Source: Sedimentisphaerales bacterium (GTDB lineage: Bacteria > Planctomycetota > Phycisphaerae > Sedimentisphaerales > SM23-30). Taken from it: 64,000 nt of DNA. How positions within the stretch are numbered: position 1 is the stretch's first letter; each line of letters begins with the position of its first letter. The stretch spans positions 2,552,609-2,616,608 of the forward strand of contig OY763926.1 of assembly GCA_963667715.1 (NCBI GenBank), given 5' to 3'. The notes beneath the pieces are model-generated. The model searched no databases and had not been told where the DNA came from. It worked only from the letters and a program-made list of their open reading frames with translations. A program made the translations under genes and the position numbers. Positions 1-10,941 of this stretch are shown in pieces.

Positions 1-1179
1 ACAATCGGCGAATATATGCAGATTGATCTGGAACAGAAAGACTGGGATCTGGCTGGACTGAGCCAGTGGGCGATGAGTAAGTATAATGTTAATATCTCGC
101 CTTCACAGTTCCGTACTATGACTATTGCCCAGGCAAAAGAGAAAATTACTGCCGAAGCTCTGGAAAATATCAGCCAACTTGACTTTGCCAAAACGGATAA
201 ATTCCTTTCTCCGGAATATGCCGCTGAGACATTGACAGACTGGGTAAATCAGAAATTTGAATTAGCCACTAAACCAGAGGATATCTCTGGTAAAAAGCCT
301 GAGGAAGTTGTAAGCATACTCGGTCAGGCAGCACGTGAGAAATATCATCAGCGTGAAATTGAATACCCTGTCGATTTTATACTAAGTATGGCCGCACATC
401 GCCATCAAGCGGGCAGCAGCTATGCCGCCAAGGAAGTTGTCGACTGGGTATATCGCAAATATCGTGTCATTTGGAATATTGAAGAGATCCAGACTCTGGG
501 CTACGACCAGCTTCGCACCAAACTTATCGATCTGGTTCAATCAAAGGGCCATGGTGCTGTCGAACTTGAAACTAAAACTATTGCCGATCAGGTTCAGGAC
601 GATGAAGCGGGCATCGAAAGCCTTGCCGCCCTGCTTTCAGGTCGTTTCAATCAGGAGATCAAGCCTTGGCAGATTTCCGCGGCTGTCAGTGTCAATGGTT
701 TTATCGAGCAGACTGCAAGCAAATACCTGCGAGAAGAGCTTACAGAGCTGGAACGCTATGTACTACTTCAGATATATGACTCAACCTGGAAAGACCACCT
801 TTACGCAATGGACCATCTCAAGAGCGGTATCGGCTTAAGAGGGCTGGCTGAGCGTGATCCTAAGATGGAATATAAACGCGAAGGCTATCGTATGTTCCAG
901 GAAATGCTTAGCTCGATACGTGATAAAGTTACTGATATGATTTTTAAGGCCAGACTTGGCGGCGAAGAAGAAAGACGTTCAGTCTGGAACATATCAAGTG
1001 CAGCTCACGATGAGTTTACTATGTTTAATCAGCAGCAACAGGCCGCGCAGGCACCACAGGAAAAACCTGCCATGCCAAAAACTGTCCAGAATGACGGACC
1101 TAAGGTTGGCAGAAACGACCCATGTCCTTGCGGCAGCGGCCAAAAATACAAAAAATGCTGCGGCAAGAATATGGAATAG
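1..1179 (+). CDS. secA: Preprotein translocase ATPase SecA, C-terminal ~390 aa (5' end lies outside the window)
   Basis: The frame is open from nt 1 (TIGEY precedes the first Met at 16). It carries the SecA-type motif GLAERDPKMEYKREGYRMF and the terminal zinc-binding tail CPCGSGQKYKKCCG, and a hairpin terminator follows. Confidence 0.9.
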   Translation, partial: TIGEYMQIDLEQKDWDLAGLSQWAMSKYNVNISPSQFRTMTIAQAKEKITAEALENISQLDFAKTDKFLSPEYAAETLTDWVNQKFELATKPEDISGKKPEEVVSILGQAAREKYHQREIEYPVDFILSMAAHRHQAGSSYAAKEVVDWVYRKYRVIWNIEEIQTLGYDQLRTKLIDLVQSKGHGAVELETKTIADQVQDDEAGIESLAALLSGRFNQEIKPWQISAAVSVNGFIEQTASKYLREELTELERYVLLQIYDSTWKDHLYAMDHLKSGIGLRGLAERDPKMEYKREGYRMFQEMLSSIRDKVTDMIFKARLGGEEERRSVWNISSAAHDEFTMFNQQQQAAQAPQEKPAMPKTVQNDGPKVGRNDPCPCGSGQKYKKCCGKNME

Positions 1180-1219
1180 CAGTTTTACTACTAACTGTTC
1201 ATATTGTTAAATACTGAAT

Positions 1220-1258
1220 AAAAAGACCACCATTCAAAATGAGAATGGTGGTCTTTTT
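1220..1258. terminator. Rho-independent terminator hairpin between convergent secA and the GLUG-repeat gene
   Basis: A 12-bp perfect stem pairs AGACCACCATTC (1224-1235) with GAATGGTGGTCT (1243-1254) around a 7-nt loop. It has an A-run upstream and a T-run downstream, so it could act in both directions. Confidence 0.65.
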
Positions 1259-1305
1259 GTTATTGTGAATAAATTGTATAAGACGTTAAGTCAAATACTA
1301 GTATC

Positions 1306-3078
1306 TTAGTACACTCTCACATTATCAATGCGAACATAACTACTGCTCATAAAACCCTTTGAATACATGAACATTATGCCGACACTACCTGATTCACCTT
1401 CTGGGATATCCAATGTTTCAGTATGCATACCTTCAGTAACTGTCCACAGCTTTACCGGATTACCTTTAGCATTCAACTGCAAAGTAGATGTTGCATCAGC
1501 AGCGTAAACCTGCAAATCAAAAGACACCTTGCTCTTACCGGTGAGATCAACGTTGAGTACAAGAGTATTAATATAAGAGTTAGTTTCTAATAGTTTATTA
1601 CCACTAGCATCAGTAATTAATGAGAAAATTGGGTAATATGGCGAGACGCTTGACCAATAATGGCTATTGATCTGATCATATTCGAAATCATCATAGAATT
1701 CGGTTTTTACCTCTGCCTGCAGCCAACTATCGACCAACATAGCAAGATCACTAATATCAATTGTACCATTTTCAGAATAATCACATTCACTACAAGCGAA
1801 GCCACCATAACAATCAACTGCCATCCAGTGTTCAGCAAGAGTAGCAAAAGTTTCCATACCGATCGGCTGTATGACAGAGACACTTACAGGAATAACATAT
1901 TCGAAATTATCATCATCACAAATGACACTCACTGTACTAGAATAATCACCAGGAAGCAAACCACTCATATCCATATTTAAGCCTATATTTACAGGAGATT
2001 GTCCGCTAAGCTCGAAAGTTGTAGGATCTACCGTAAGCCAACTATCAGCAGAAGGGAGAACGCTACCTGATGCTTCACTACCGCCCATAGCTAAGGATAA
2101 AGCCAAGTTATGATCAATAGACAATACACTATCAGTGGTAAACACAGAATAGCTGATCAGAGATGTATCAACGTTTAACAAACCCTCAAAGTGCAACTTT
2201 GGCATCTGGCCTTCTGTAATCAGCCAGACACTATCCAGACCATCTTCAATACTATCAGAAAAATCCCAATTCTCAAAAATTGAACGCTGAGTGAGGTCTT
2301 CATCTCCGGTATGACAGTTTATTTTAGTTACACCCTGTCCCATACCAAAAATATTAAGGTTTTCTAAGTCATCATCTATACCAGCACAGTAGCAGTTTAA
2401 AACATTGCCGCCATTAGCCCGGCCAATGATACCGCCGTATGAATATTGTGACGCATCAAGAATGTCACATAAAGTATAGCTATTTGTCACATCAGCTGCA
2501 TCACCAAGACCAATAATACCACCGACATAGTCAGTAGCACTAATTACTCCGCTAACTTTACATCTATTTATTTCAGTATTGTTAGCTTCACCAACTATAC
2601 CACCAGCTCTAGACAAAGCACTAATAAATACATCAGCAGAGCAGTCATATATCTTACCATAGCATATGCCGGCAATACCACCAACTCTACTATAGCCATA
2701 AACTGAACAATCTATTAAGTTAACATTTTTGATCACAGCGACAGCGTCTACAGTACCAAACAAACCTAAATACGACTCTTCAGTGTTACTGATAGCCATA
2801 TTTTGAATGCTAAACCCACCACCATCATAGGTACCAGAAAATCCAGTTTCACCACCGGCAATAATAGCATCTATATAGTACTCTTCACTAAATACTATAT
2901 CGTTTACCTGCAGAAAACACTTGTCATAATTATCGACATCACTACCAAGCTGTTCCAGGTCTGATACAGATGTGATCAAATATGGCGATTCCGGCGTACC
3001 GCTTCCACTATATGCACCAGCATACTGACTGCCTGCTATACATAATAATAAAAACGAACATAAATACTTTTTAAACAT
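1306..3078 (-). CDS. Secreted GLUG-repeat protein with a dockerin-like segment (function unknown)
   Basis: The ORF spans 1306-3096, and the likely start is Met7 at 3078, giving the signal-like N-terminus MFKKYLCSFLLLCIAGSQYAGA. GLUG-type motifs recur (VGGIAGICYG, AGGIVGEAN, VGGIIGLGD, YGGIIGRAN). DYSENGTIDISDLAMLVDSWL resembles a dockerin/EF-hand-type repeat. Confidence 0.6.
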   Translation of the reverse strand: MFKKYLCSFLLLCIAGSQYAGAYSGSGTPESPYLITSVSDLEQLGSDVDNYDKCFLQVNDIVFSEEYYIDAIIAGGETGFSGTYDGGGFSIQNMAISNTEESYLGLFGTVDAVAVIKNVNLIDCSVYGYSRVGGIAGICYGKIYDCSADVFISALSRAGGIVGEANNTEINRCKVSGVISATDYVGGIIGLGDAADVTNSYTLCDILDASQYSYGGIIGRANGGNVLNCYCAGIDDDLENLNIFGMGQGVTKINCHTGDEDLTQRSIFENWDFSDSIEDGLDSVWLITEGQMPKLHFEGLLNVDTSLISYSVFTTDSVLSIDHNLALSLAMGGSEASGSVLPSADSWLTVDPTTFELSGQSPVNIGLNMDMSGLLPGDYSSTVSVICDDDNFEYVIPVSVSVIQPIGMETFATLAEHWMAVDCYGGFACSECDYSENGTIDISDLAMLVDSWLQAEVKTEFYDDFEYDQINSHYWSSVSPYYPIFSLITDASGNKLLETNSYINTLVLNVDLTGKSKVSFDLQVYAADATSTLQLNAKGNPVKLWTVTEGMHTETLDIPEGESGSVGIMFMYSKGFMSSSYVRIDNVRVY

Positions 3079-3218
3079 AAATTCTCTCCCAGTCATTACA
3101 TAGACTAAATAACCTACTTCATTTTATACCAAATATTCATTATACAATAATAATAGGCATAAAATCATAAAAAAACAGCTTAGTAAGGGAAAATAAGAAA
3201 GAAACTATATAAACCTTG

Positions 3219-3387
3219 TTAAGGGAACCTCTAAAAATTCATTCTGGGCTGCAAACGGTCTTGATTTTTCCTGAGCTGCGTCACGAAAAACCGTGAATAT
3301 TCACCAATATGCCCGATTCTTCGTTCCTTGTCAGTAAAAATCAATCCACGTTTTCGCCTCAAAAGCAATTGTCAGAGGTACCCTTAA
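3219..3387. repeat. 169-bp imperfect palindromic element (MITE-like or structured RNA candidate)
   Basis: The termini TTAAGGGAACCTCT (3219-3232) and AGAGGTACCCTTAA (3374-3387) are inverted repeats matching at 13 of 14 positions. The arms share the internal block TTGATTTTT/AAAAATCAA, and the apex is the perfect 12-nt palindrome GTGAATATTCAC (3293-3304). The element is GC-richer than the AT-rich spacer around it. Confidence 0.45.
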
Positions 3388-3414
3388 TTTAGATAGTTAG
3401 TAAAGGGTATAACA

Positions 3415-4023
3415 TTATTCTGCGTCTCTTAGCCAATTAAGAATACCTAAACTTTGCAAAATGTCAGTTAGCAGTTCCATTGGTAAACCTACCACATTGG
3501 ATTCACTTCCCTTAATCTGTTTGACGAACTTATCGCCTCCCGACTGATACGCATATGCCCCCGCTTTTCCTTGCCATATGCCGCTATCGAGATATTCTTC
3601 CAGCTCAATATCTGTCATAGCTCTCATATCAAGCTCGGTAACAGCATGATCAATGATCTTTATATTTCCCGCTGGAGCTAATACGGCTAAACCAGTAATA
3701 ACATAATTAGGACCTGCAAAATGATTTGTCAGGATATTACGTGCATCATCAATATCAGCCGGCTTCCCGATTATCTTGCCATTGTGAACACATACAGTAT
3801 CGGCCGCAATTATTACCGCTGATGGATAAGCCTGGGCGACCTCGGCGGCTTTTAGATATGCTAAAGACTCTACCCATAATTCCGGTGCCCTAGACGTCTG
3901 CCAACAGGGAGATGGCTCATTTAGTCTGGCCGGCACGATCTCAAAATCGTCAAATATCTGTACTAGTAATTCTTCACGACGAGGTGAACCGCTAGCTAGT
4001 ACAATTGTTTTTTTGTTATTCAT
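3415..4023 (-). CDS. maf: Maf-like nucleoside triphosphate pyrophosphatase / septum formation protein
   Basis: The N-terminal signature is VLASGSPRREELL, the length is 202 aa, and the C-terminal GKAGAYAYQ and VVGLP motifs are typical of Maf/YhdE. Confidence 0.85.
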   Translation of the reverse strand: MNNKKTIVLASGSPRREELLVQIFDDFEIVPARLNEPSPCWQTSRAPELWVESLAYLKAAEVAQAYPSAVIIAADTVCVHNGKIIGKPADIDDARNILTNHFAGPNYVITGLAVLAPAGNIKIIDHAVTELDMRAMTDIELEEYLDSGIWQGKAGAYAYQSGGDKFVKQIKGSESNVVGLPMELLTDILQSLGILNWLRDAE

Positions 4024-4234
4024 TACTAATATTCTACCTTTCCAAAGGTTACCGCTAAAAAGTTAAAATAGTATTATATTTATTTTAACTATCTTCACAA
4101 TAGCTAGTATAAATCATAAATTCCTTTTAATCTTAAGTTTATAACCATATAATAAAAGCTATTTTAATATACGCTCATCTTGAGTTCTGTAGATAATACA
4201 AAAACTAAGTTACAAATTAAACAGGAATTATTCA

Positions 4235-5665
4235 ATGAATTTTATTGATTATCTGATCTTTGCTATATATATGCTATGTGTTCTGGCTGTTGGAGTTTAT
4301 CACTTCAGAAAAAACAAGAGCACAGAAGATTACTATGTAGGCAGTAGAAATATCAAGGCTTCACATGTTGGCCTATCTATAGTTGCAACTGATGTGGGCG
4401 GTGGTTTTTCGATCGGGCTTGGCGGTGTCGGATTTATGATGGGACTTTCTGGCAGCTGGCTGCTTTTTACCGGCCTTATTGGTGCGTGGCTGACGGCGAT
4501 TTTTATAATTCCAAAGATTAAATCGCTAGATACTACTCATCAGTTCATGACTTATCCAGATTTCCTGCGTCATCATTACAACAACAATGTTGCACTAATA
4601 GCCGCAATAATATCTGGTATCGGGTATCTTGGTTTCACCGGTGCCCAGATGCTGGCAGGTGCCAAACTAGCCTCAGCTACCATATTACAAAACAACCCAT
4701 TCGGTATGGACCCAATTCTTTTTGCACTGCTGGTCATTGCAGCCGTTACAATTCTCTATACAGTGATCGGTGGCTTGAAAGCAGTAATCTACACTGACAC
4801 AATACAATGGATACTTCTATTAAGCGGTCTTATTTTCATCACTATTCCAGCAACATTAATTAAAATTGGCGGTCCAAAGGCATTATACGACACTTTACCA
4901 GCAGAATATTTTACCTTAACAAATATTGATGCTATAACTCTTATCAACTGGATGGTTACTATCGTACCTATATGGCTGGTAGGTATGACACTATACCAAA
5001 GGATGTATGCCTGCAAAAATGAGCAACAGGCAAAAAAAGCATGGTACATAGCGGGACTATTTGAATACCCGATAATGGCATTCACTGGTGTTTTTCTGGG
5101 AATGTGTGCCCGGGTAGTATACCCTGAGGCAGAATCCGAAATGGCATTGCCAATGCTAATTAGAGATGTTCTGCCTATTGGCATAACCGGAATAGTTATC
5201 GCATCCTATTTTTCTGCCATCATGTCAACTGCAGACAGCTGTATGATGGCATCATCCGGTAATTTCGTTAATGATATTATTGAAAGATATTTCCTGAAAA
5301 ATATCTCAGCCAAACAGTCAATACGTCTCTCTATGCTGGCGACATTACTGGTAGGTACAATCTCAGTTATTCTGGCTGCCCAGTTCACAATGGTACTTGA
5401 CGCAATACTATACGCCTATGCATTCATGGTGTCCGGCCTGTTTATCCCAACTCTAGGTGCATACTTTTGGAAAAAGTCCAGTTCAGCCGGTGCAATAACT
5501 GCTATGCTTGCTGGCGGTATATCAACTCTATTACTTCTGACAAAAGTAGTCCAACTACCCGAATCGATCGAAAAAATTGGGCTGGATGCCAGTATATTCG
5601 GCATATCGATCTCAGCAATTACCTTTATTATAATATCACTGCTGATACCGGATAAAGAGAAATAG
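4235..5665 (+). CDS. Sodium:solute symporter family (SSF) transporter
   Basis: The 476-aa product is highly hydrophobic with about 12-13 predicted helices. SSF-like segments include [13 protein letters not shown]. The substrate cannot be assigned from sequence. Confidence 0.75.
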   Translation: MNFIDYLIFAIYMLCVLAVGVYHFRKNKSTEDYYVGSRNIKASHVGLSIVATDVGGGFSIGLGGVGFMMGLSGSWLLFTGLIGAWLTAIFIIPKIKSLDTTHQFMTYPDFLRHHYNNNVALIAAIISGIGYLGFTGAQMLAGAKLASATILQNNPFGMDPILFALLVIAAVTILYTVIGGLKAVIYTDTIQWILLLSGLIFITIPATLIKIGGPKALYDTLPAEYFTLTNIDAITLINWMVTIVPIWLVGMTLYQRMYACKNEQQAKKAWYIAGLFEYPIMAFTGVFLGMCARVVYPEAESEMALPMLIRDVLPIGITGIVIASYFSAIMSTADSCMMASSGNFVNDIIERYFLKNISAKQSIRLSMLATLLVGTISVILAAQFTMVLDAILYAYAFMVSGLFIPTLGAYFWKKSSSAGAITAMLAGGISTLLLLTKVVQLPESIEKIGLDASIFGISISAITFIIISLLIPDKEK

Positions 5666-5677
5666 TCTCTGCTAAGA

Positions 5678-6907
5678 CTAATCTTTACCAGAAAGTAACT
5701 TCGCATGGATAAGGGCAGCAAGGCCACCGCGTGAGGTTTCACGGTATTCTGCCTGCATATCGCGACCGGTCTTGTTCATAACCTCAACAACATCATCAAA
5801 GCTGATAAAATGGTCACCTGTAGTTGAGAGTGCATAACTTGCACATTCCACGGCCCTCATAGCGGCGAATGCATTACGCTCGATACACGGCACCTGTACC
5901 AAACCGGCAACCGGGTCACAAGTAAGTCCCAGCATATGTTCTAAGGCCATTTCTGCAGCATACTCAACCTGGTGATTTTCGCCGCCAAGGATCTGAGCTG
6001 CCGCCGCTGCTGCCATAGCACAAGCCGAGCCTACCTCTCCCTGACAACCAACTTCAGCTCCACTAATCGATGCACGGGCTGCTATGCTGGAACCAAATAT
6101 CCCGGCCGTGATCAAAGCTTCAACAATATCACTGCGCGGCACCTGACAATTATGCTCCATATAAAATAATACCGCAGGCACCACACCGCAGGCACCACAA
6201 GTTGGGGCAGTAACAACAACCTGTCCGGATGCATTTTCCTCTGACACAGCCAGAGCATAAGCACTCAGCATTGTCATGTCATAGAACATTCCACCCTTAT
6301 ATCGGTTAGCCTGTTTACGCATCTTCTTTGCACGACGCTGAATATTTAACCCGCCGGGAAGTACCGATTCGCAGCTGTTAAGCCCCCTATTAACAGCTTG
6401 GTACATACTTCCAAGAACATCGTCCAGAAATACCCGACAACTATCACTTTCACGATCTATAGCATATTCCCATATGCTTTTTCTCTCTTTAGTACACCAG
6501 ATTAGTACATCAGCGATAGAATCATGTTCATATTCACCATTGATGGCATCGATAAGCTTGCCATCTTCACCAGCAATATTACCACCGCCAATACTGTAAT
6601 AGATCTCATTATTTACCGATTCTGAACCCAAATAACTGACAAATCTCATTCCACAAGAATGAACTGGCAGTAATTCCAGTGGTTTCCAGATAATTTCATG
6701 CTCTATGCCGGCAAGTGCTTCATGGATAACCTGGTCTGTCAGGTGCCCGCGTCCGGTAGCAGCCAATGAGCCGTAAAGCTCGATCTTAACTCTGTCAAAT
6801 TTGGTTGATTGTGACTCTAAAAATAGCTGGGCAGCTCTACGTGGCCCCATACTATGAGAACTGGAAGGCCCTGTTCCGGTTTTATATATCTGCCTGATGG
6901 ATTTCAT
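5678..6907 (-). CDS. sdaA: L-serine ammonia-lyase (iron-sulfur dependent L-serine dehydratase)
   Basis: The N-terminal motif GTGPSSSHSMGP and the alpha-domain Cys-containing motifs (APTCGACG, CQGEVGSAC, LTCDPVAG, VPCIERNA) are characteristic of single-chain SdaA. Confidence 0.85.
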   Translation of the reverse strand: MKSIRQIYKTGTGPSSSHSMGPRRAAQLFLESQSTKFDRVKIELYGSLAATGRGHLTDQVIHEALAGIEHEIIWKPLELLPVHSCGMRFVSYLGSESVNNEIYYSIGGGNIAGEDGKLIDAINGEYEHDSIADVLIWCTKERKSIWEYAIDRESDSCRVFLDDVLGSMYQAVNRGLNSCESVLPGGLNIQRRAKKMRKQANRYKGGMFYDMTMLSAYALAVSEENASGQVVVTAPTCGACGVVPAVLFYMEHNCQVPRSDIVEALITAGIFGSSIAARASISGAEVGCQGEVGSACAMAAAAAAQILGGENHQVEYAAEMALEHMLGLTCDPVAGLVQVPCIERNAFAAMRAVECASYALSTTGDHFISFDDVVEVMNKTGRDMQAEYRETSRGGLAALIHAKLLSGKD

Positions 6908-7074
6908 ACTTCTCTATGCCCGTTTTCTGGTTAATATCTTATTTGTAGGATTATCATAATACGAAATACCATTGTCCGATTCTAATAAAAAAACAAAATA
7001 AGTTGCCTATAATCAAATAACAGCAACTACACCGATAGATAATACAATACAGACATCAAATATTCATGAATAGC

Positions 7075-7103
7075 TTGATTTTACAGGCAGTTACGGTTAA
7101 TAT
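7075..7103 (+). promoter_or_regulatory. Candidate sigma70-type promoter upstream of leuS
   Basis: TTGATT (7075-7080) is followed by a 17-nt spacer and TAATAT (7098-7103), 76 nt upstream of the leuS ATG. This is pattern match only. Confidence 0.3.
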
Positions 7104-7178
7104 TTTAGTTCTGTATTTAAATTATTGGATCGACATCAGCAGATGTTTGTTATTAGTAGATAAATAAGGCATAAGATT

Positions 7179-9839
7179 ATGGCAGATAACAGGTTAGGCA
7201 CATACGATTTTGGCAGTATTGAACCAAAGTGGCAGAAATTCTGGGAAGAGAACAAGACTTTCAAAACACTTGACGACTACAGTAAGCCCAAATATTATGT
7301 TTTGGACATGTTCCCTTACCCATCTGGTAACGGTTTGCACGTTGGCCACCCTGAAGGCTACACTGCCAGTGATATTGTCTCACGCTATAAAAGAATGAAA
7401 GGGTTCAATGTTCTGCACCCAATGGGCTTCGACGCATTTGGTCTGCCAGCAGAACAGTTTGCCGTAAAGACTGGTACCCACCCTGCCATTACAACTGAAA
7501 AGAATGTAAATAATATCCGTAAGCAGATCAAAGAGCTAGGCTTTAGCTATGATTGGGATAGGGAAGTAAACACAACTGAGGTTGGATATTACAAATGGAC
7601 TCAATGGATATTCCTGAAGCTTTTCAATAGCTGGTACGATGCTGATATGCAAAAGGCCAGAGATATATCTGAGCTGCCAATACCAGAAGGTCTAACCGGC
7701 AAAGAAAAATCAGAATATATAGACAGCAAGCGTCTTGCCTATGAAGCAGAAACACCTGTAAACTGGTGTCCGGAACTTGGCACTGTTCTGGCTAACGAAG
7801 AAGTAATCGGCGGCGTTAGCGAACGCGGCGGCCACCCGGTAATACGTAAGCCTATGCGTCAATGGATGCTGAGAATTACTGCTTATGCGGAAAGACTTAT
7901 TGATGATCTGGAAGGCCTTGACTGGGCGTATGGTATCAAAAAACTTCAGAGCGACTGGATAGGTAAGAGTATCGGTGCTGAAGTAGATTTCAAAGTACTC
8001 TTTGACCCAACAGAAATAGTGCCAAGCAAGCATCACACTATTAGAGTATTTACCACCAGACCCGACACTTTATATGGTGCAACATATATGGTTCTGGCAC
8101 CTGAACATCATCTGGTAGACAGAATTTGCTCTGATCAACAGCGTTTTGAAGTTGAGAAATATAAACAACAGGCCTCAATGAAGAGTGACCTGGACAGAAC
8201 TGATCTGGCGAAAGATAAGACTGGTGTATTTACCGGTGCTTACGCTATCAACCCGGTTAACGGCGAGCAGATCCCTGTTTGGATCAGTGACTATGTACTG
8301 GCTAGCTATGGTACTGGTGCAATAATGTGTGTTCCCGGCCATGACGACCGCGATTATGAATTTGCGAAGAAATTTGAATTGCCGATTATTAAAGTGGTAG
8401 CTCCTGCTGATGGAAGCGAGTATGAGGGCTGTTTCACAGATTATGGCGTTGCGATAAACTCCGGCGATAATGATGGTACCCCTACAGCAGAATTTAAGGA
8501 TAAAATAACTGCCTGGCTGGAAGAACAAGGCCTAGGTTGTAAATCGGTCAACTATAAGCTGCGTGACTGGCTCTTTAGCCGTCAGCGTTACTGGGGCGAA
8601 CCATTCCCAATAGCTCATAGTGATGAAGGTGAGATCGTGGCCATATCAGAAGATGAGCTGCCAGTGACATTGCCAGAAACCGAAAACTTCAAACCATCGT
8701 CTGAGGGTGAATCTCCACTGGCGAATTGTACTGACTGGCTCTATTTTGAAAAGGACGGCAAGAAGTTCCGCCGTGAGACCAATACAATGCCACAGTGGGC
8801 TGGCAGCTGCTGGTACTACCTCAGATATATTGACTCACAGAATAGCAATGCCCCATTTGACAAAGAAAAAGAAAACTACTGGATGCCGGTCGATCTGTAT
8901 ATTGGTGGTGCAGAACACGCTGTTCTTCACCTGCTCTATTCCCGCTTCTGGCATAAGGTACTGTTTGACCTTGGTTATGTTACAACTGCTGAGCCTTTCC
9001 AGAAGCTGGTCAATCAAGGCATGATCCTTGGCCTAAGCTACAAGACTCAGGCCGGTCGTCTAATTGAAAACGATCTGGTCGAGGCCAAAGGCGGCAAGTT
9101 CTATCACAAAGAAACAGGTGAAGAACTGACTGAATTTACTGCTAAAATGAGTAAATCACTTAAAAACGTAGTAAATCCGGAAGATGTTATAAGTAAATAC
9201 GGTGCCGACTCTATGCGTCTTTATGAAATGTTCATGGGGCCACTGGAAGCCAATAAACCATGGAACATGAATGGCGTCGAAGGTGTATTCCGCTTCCTGC
9301 AGAAATCATGGCGTATGATTATTGACGAAGAGACCGGAAATCTTAACCCGGCTATCTGTGATGCACCGCTGGACGATGCTAATGATAGATTGCTTAATAA
9401 GACTATTAAGAAAGTTGGCGAGGATGTTGAAGGATTCAGCTTCAATACCGCAATCAGCCAGATGATGATCTTCGCAAATGAATTCAGCAAGCTCGAAAAA
9501 CGTAATAAGTCAGCAATGGAACAGTTTGTCCTGTTACTTGCTCCTTTCGCCCCACACCTGGCTGAAGAGCTATGGGACAAACTAGGCCACAGCGACACGC
9601 TGAGCTATGAACCATGGCCAACATATGACACAAATAAGCTTGAAGATCCTGAGATTCAGCTTGTCGTACAGATTAATGGTAAAGTTCGCGATAAACTAAT
9701 TGTACCAGCAGATTCTGACGATGATACTATTACTCAGATAGCTTGTGCCAGCGAAAAGATCCAGAAAAGCCTGGAAGGTAAAGTTATTCTCAATACCATA
9801 GTTATAAAGAAAAAGCTAGTTAACATTGTTGCAATCTAA
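7179..9839 (+). CDS. leuS: Leucine--tRNA ligase
   Basis: The 886-aa product has the class I HIGH motif (HVGHPEGY), the KMSKS motif, and CP1 editing-domain sequence typical of bacterial LeuRS. Confidence 0.95.
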   Translation: MADNRLGTYDFGSIEPKWQKFWEENKTFKTLDDYSKPKYYVLDMFPYPSGNGLHVGHPEGYTASDIVSRYKRMKGFNVLHPMGFDAFGLPAEQFAVKTGTHPAITTEKNVNNIRKQIKELGFSYDWDREVNTTEVGYYKWTQWIFLKLFNSWYDADMQKARDISELPIPEGLTGKEKSEYIDSKRLAYEAETPVNWCPELGTVLANEEVIGGVSERGGHPVIRKPMRQWMLRITAYAERLIDDLEGLDWAYGIKKLQSDWIGKSIGAEVDFKVLFDPTEIVPSKHHTIRVFTTRPDTLYGATYMVLAPEHHLVDRICSDQQRFEVEKYKQQASMKSDLDRTDLAKDKTGVFTGAYAINPVNGEQIPVWISDYVLASYGTGAIMCVPGHDDRDYEFAKKFELPIIKVVAPADGSEYEGCFTDYGVAINSGDNDGTPTAEFKDKITAWLEEQGLGCKSVNYKLRDWLFSRQRYWGEPFPIAHSDEGEIVAISEDELPVTLPETENFKPSSEGESPLANCTDWLYFEKDGKKFRRETNTMPQWAGSCWYYLRYIDSQNSNAPFDKEKENYWMPVDLYIGGAEHAVLHLLYSRFWHKVLFDLGYVTTAEPFQKLVNQGMILGLSYKTQAGRLIENDLVEAKGGKFYHKETGEELTEFTAKMSKSLKNVVNPEDVISKYGADSMRLYEMFMGPLEANKPWNMNGVEGVFRFLQKSWRMIIDEETGNLNPAICDAPLDDANDRLLNKTIKKVGEDVEGFSFNTAISQMMIFANEFSKLEKRNKSAMEQFVLLLAPFAPHLAEELWDKLGHSDTLSYEPWPTYDTNKLEDPEIQLVVQINGKVRDKLIVPADSDDDTITQIACASEKIQKSLEGKVILNTIVIKKKLVNIVAI

Positions 9840-9901
9840 AAGAAACCTTTCAGCTTGTTGTATAGGCTGGGTAGTATATTATAATTAGGAATTATGCTTT
9901 T

Positions 9902-10777
9902 ATGGACCTGACATACTTAAATGCAATAATCATGGGTATCATACAGGGACTTACAGAGTTTCTGCCGGTTTCATCCAGCGGACATCTGGTAATGTTCCAG
10001 CACCTGTGGGGCATTGACCCGGAGCAGCCGCAAATGATCATTTTTGATCTGGCTGTACATGTTGGTACTGTTGCATCTATTCTGTATTACTACCGCAATA
10101 GCATTACAAAATTTTTACTTGGCCTAAACCGAGACAAGGCTGGCCTGCTCCAGCCTCGGCAACTATACAATAGCAGTCCTAGTTGGAGATTCTTAGCACT
10201 GTCTTTTGCGGCTATGTTTGCCACGGCAGTATTTTACGTTGGAACAAAAGTCATAGGTAAGATAGCTGGCGAAACGGACGGTAAAGACATTTTCGACCTG
10301 GCTTTTGGTAATCCTAATGTGGTTTCTATCTTATGGCTGGTTACTGCTGCTGTACTGATTGTTACAGACAAAAAACGGAAAACCAGACGAGGCTTGAAGC
10401 ATTTTACGATCATTTGTGCATTAATAATTGGTTTTGCTCAGGGGATAGCCACTTTACCGGGTATTTCTCGCAGCGGTTCAACTATTTGTGCCTGTGTTCT
10501 ACTTGGGCTGCACAGAAGATGGGCTGGAGAATTCAGTTTTCTGATCGGTGTAATGGCAATTGTCGGAGCAACCTTGCTTGAGGGAATAAAGTTCTTTTCT
10601 GAGCAAAATGCGGCTCTGCCATGGGGGCCAGTTATAATTGGCTCTATAGTTAGCGGCTTAGTTGGCTTTATGGCACTTAGCCTGCTGCTGTGGGCTGTCC
10701 GAAAAGCCAAACTCAAAGTTTTTGCTGTTTATCTTGTTATTATAGCTATAAGTTCACTGGTTTATTTTAACCTTTGA
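9902..10777 (+). CDS. uppP: Undecaprenyl-diphosphate phosphatase (BacA/UppP)
   Basis: GIIQGLTEFLPVSSSGHL and the later PGISRSGSTI motif are the two UppP signature segments, and the protein is polytopic. Confidence 0.9.
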   Translation: MDLTYLNAIIMGIIQGLTEFLPVSSSGHLVMFQHLWGIDPEQPQMIIFDLAVHVGTVASILYYYRNSITKFLLGLNRDKAGLLQPRQLYNSSPSWRFLALSFAAMFATAVFYVGTKVIGKIAGETDGKDIFDLAFGNPNVVSILWLVTAAVLIVTDKKRKTRRGLKHFTIICALIIGFAQGIATLPGISRSGSTICACVLLGLHRRWAGEFSFLIGVMAIVGATLLEGIKFFSEQNAALPWGPVIIGSIVSGLVGFMALSLLLWAVRKAKLKVFAVYLVIIAISSLVYFNL

Positions 10778-10802
10778 GATAATATATAATTGAATTATCA
10801 CT

Positions 10803-10835
10803 AAGGCTGTGTTGTTTTGGCACAGCCTTTTTTTT
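10803..10835 (+). terminator. Rho-independent terminator after uppP
   Basis: The stem pairs AAGGCTGTG (10803-10811) with CACAGCCTT (10821-10829) and is followed by an 8-nt T-run. Confidence 0.6.
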
Positions 10836-10941
10836 ATATTCCTCCCATTACAGACACCAGTAATTTAACACATAACAGCAGCTATTATTTGACTTCTGTT
10901 ATTAAATGTTAAATAATAGTATTAGCTAACAATCTTTTAAT

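Noticed and set aside
6908-7178. I looked for a leader or attenuator upstream of leuS.
   Set aside because: No T-box-like specifier or terminator-antiterminator structure is visible. Only a promoter-like TTGATT-17-TAATAT was found.
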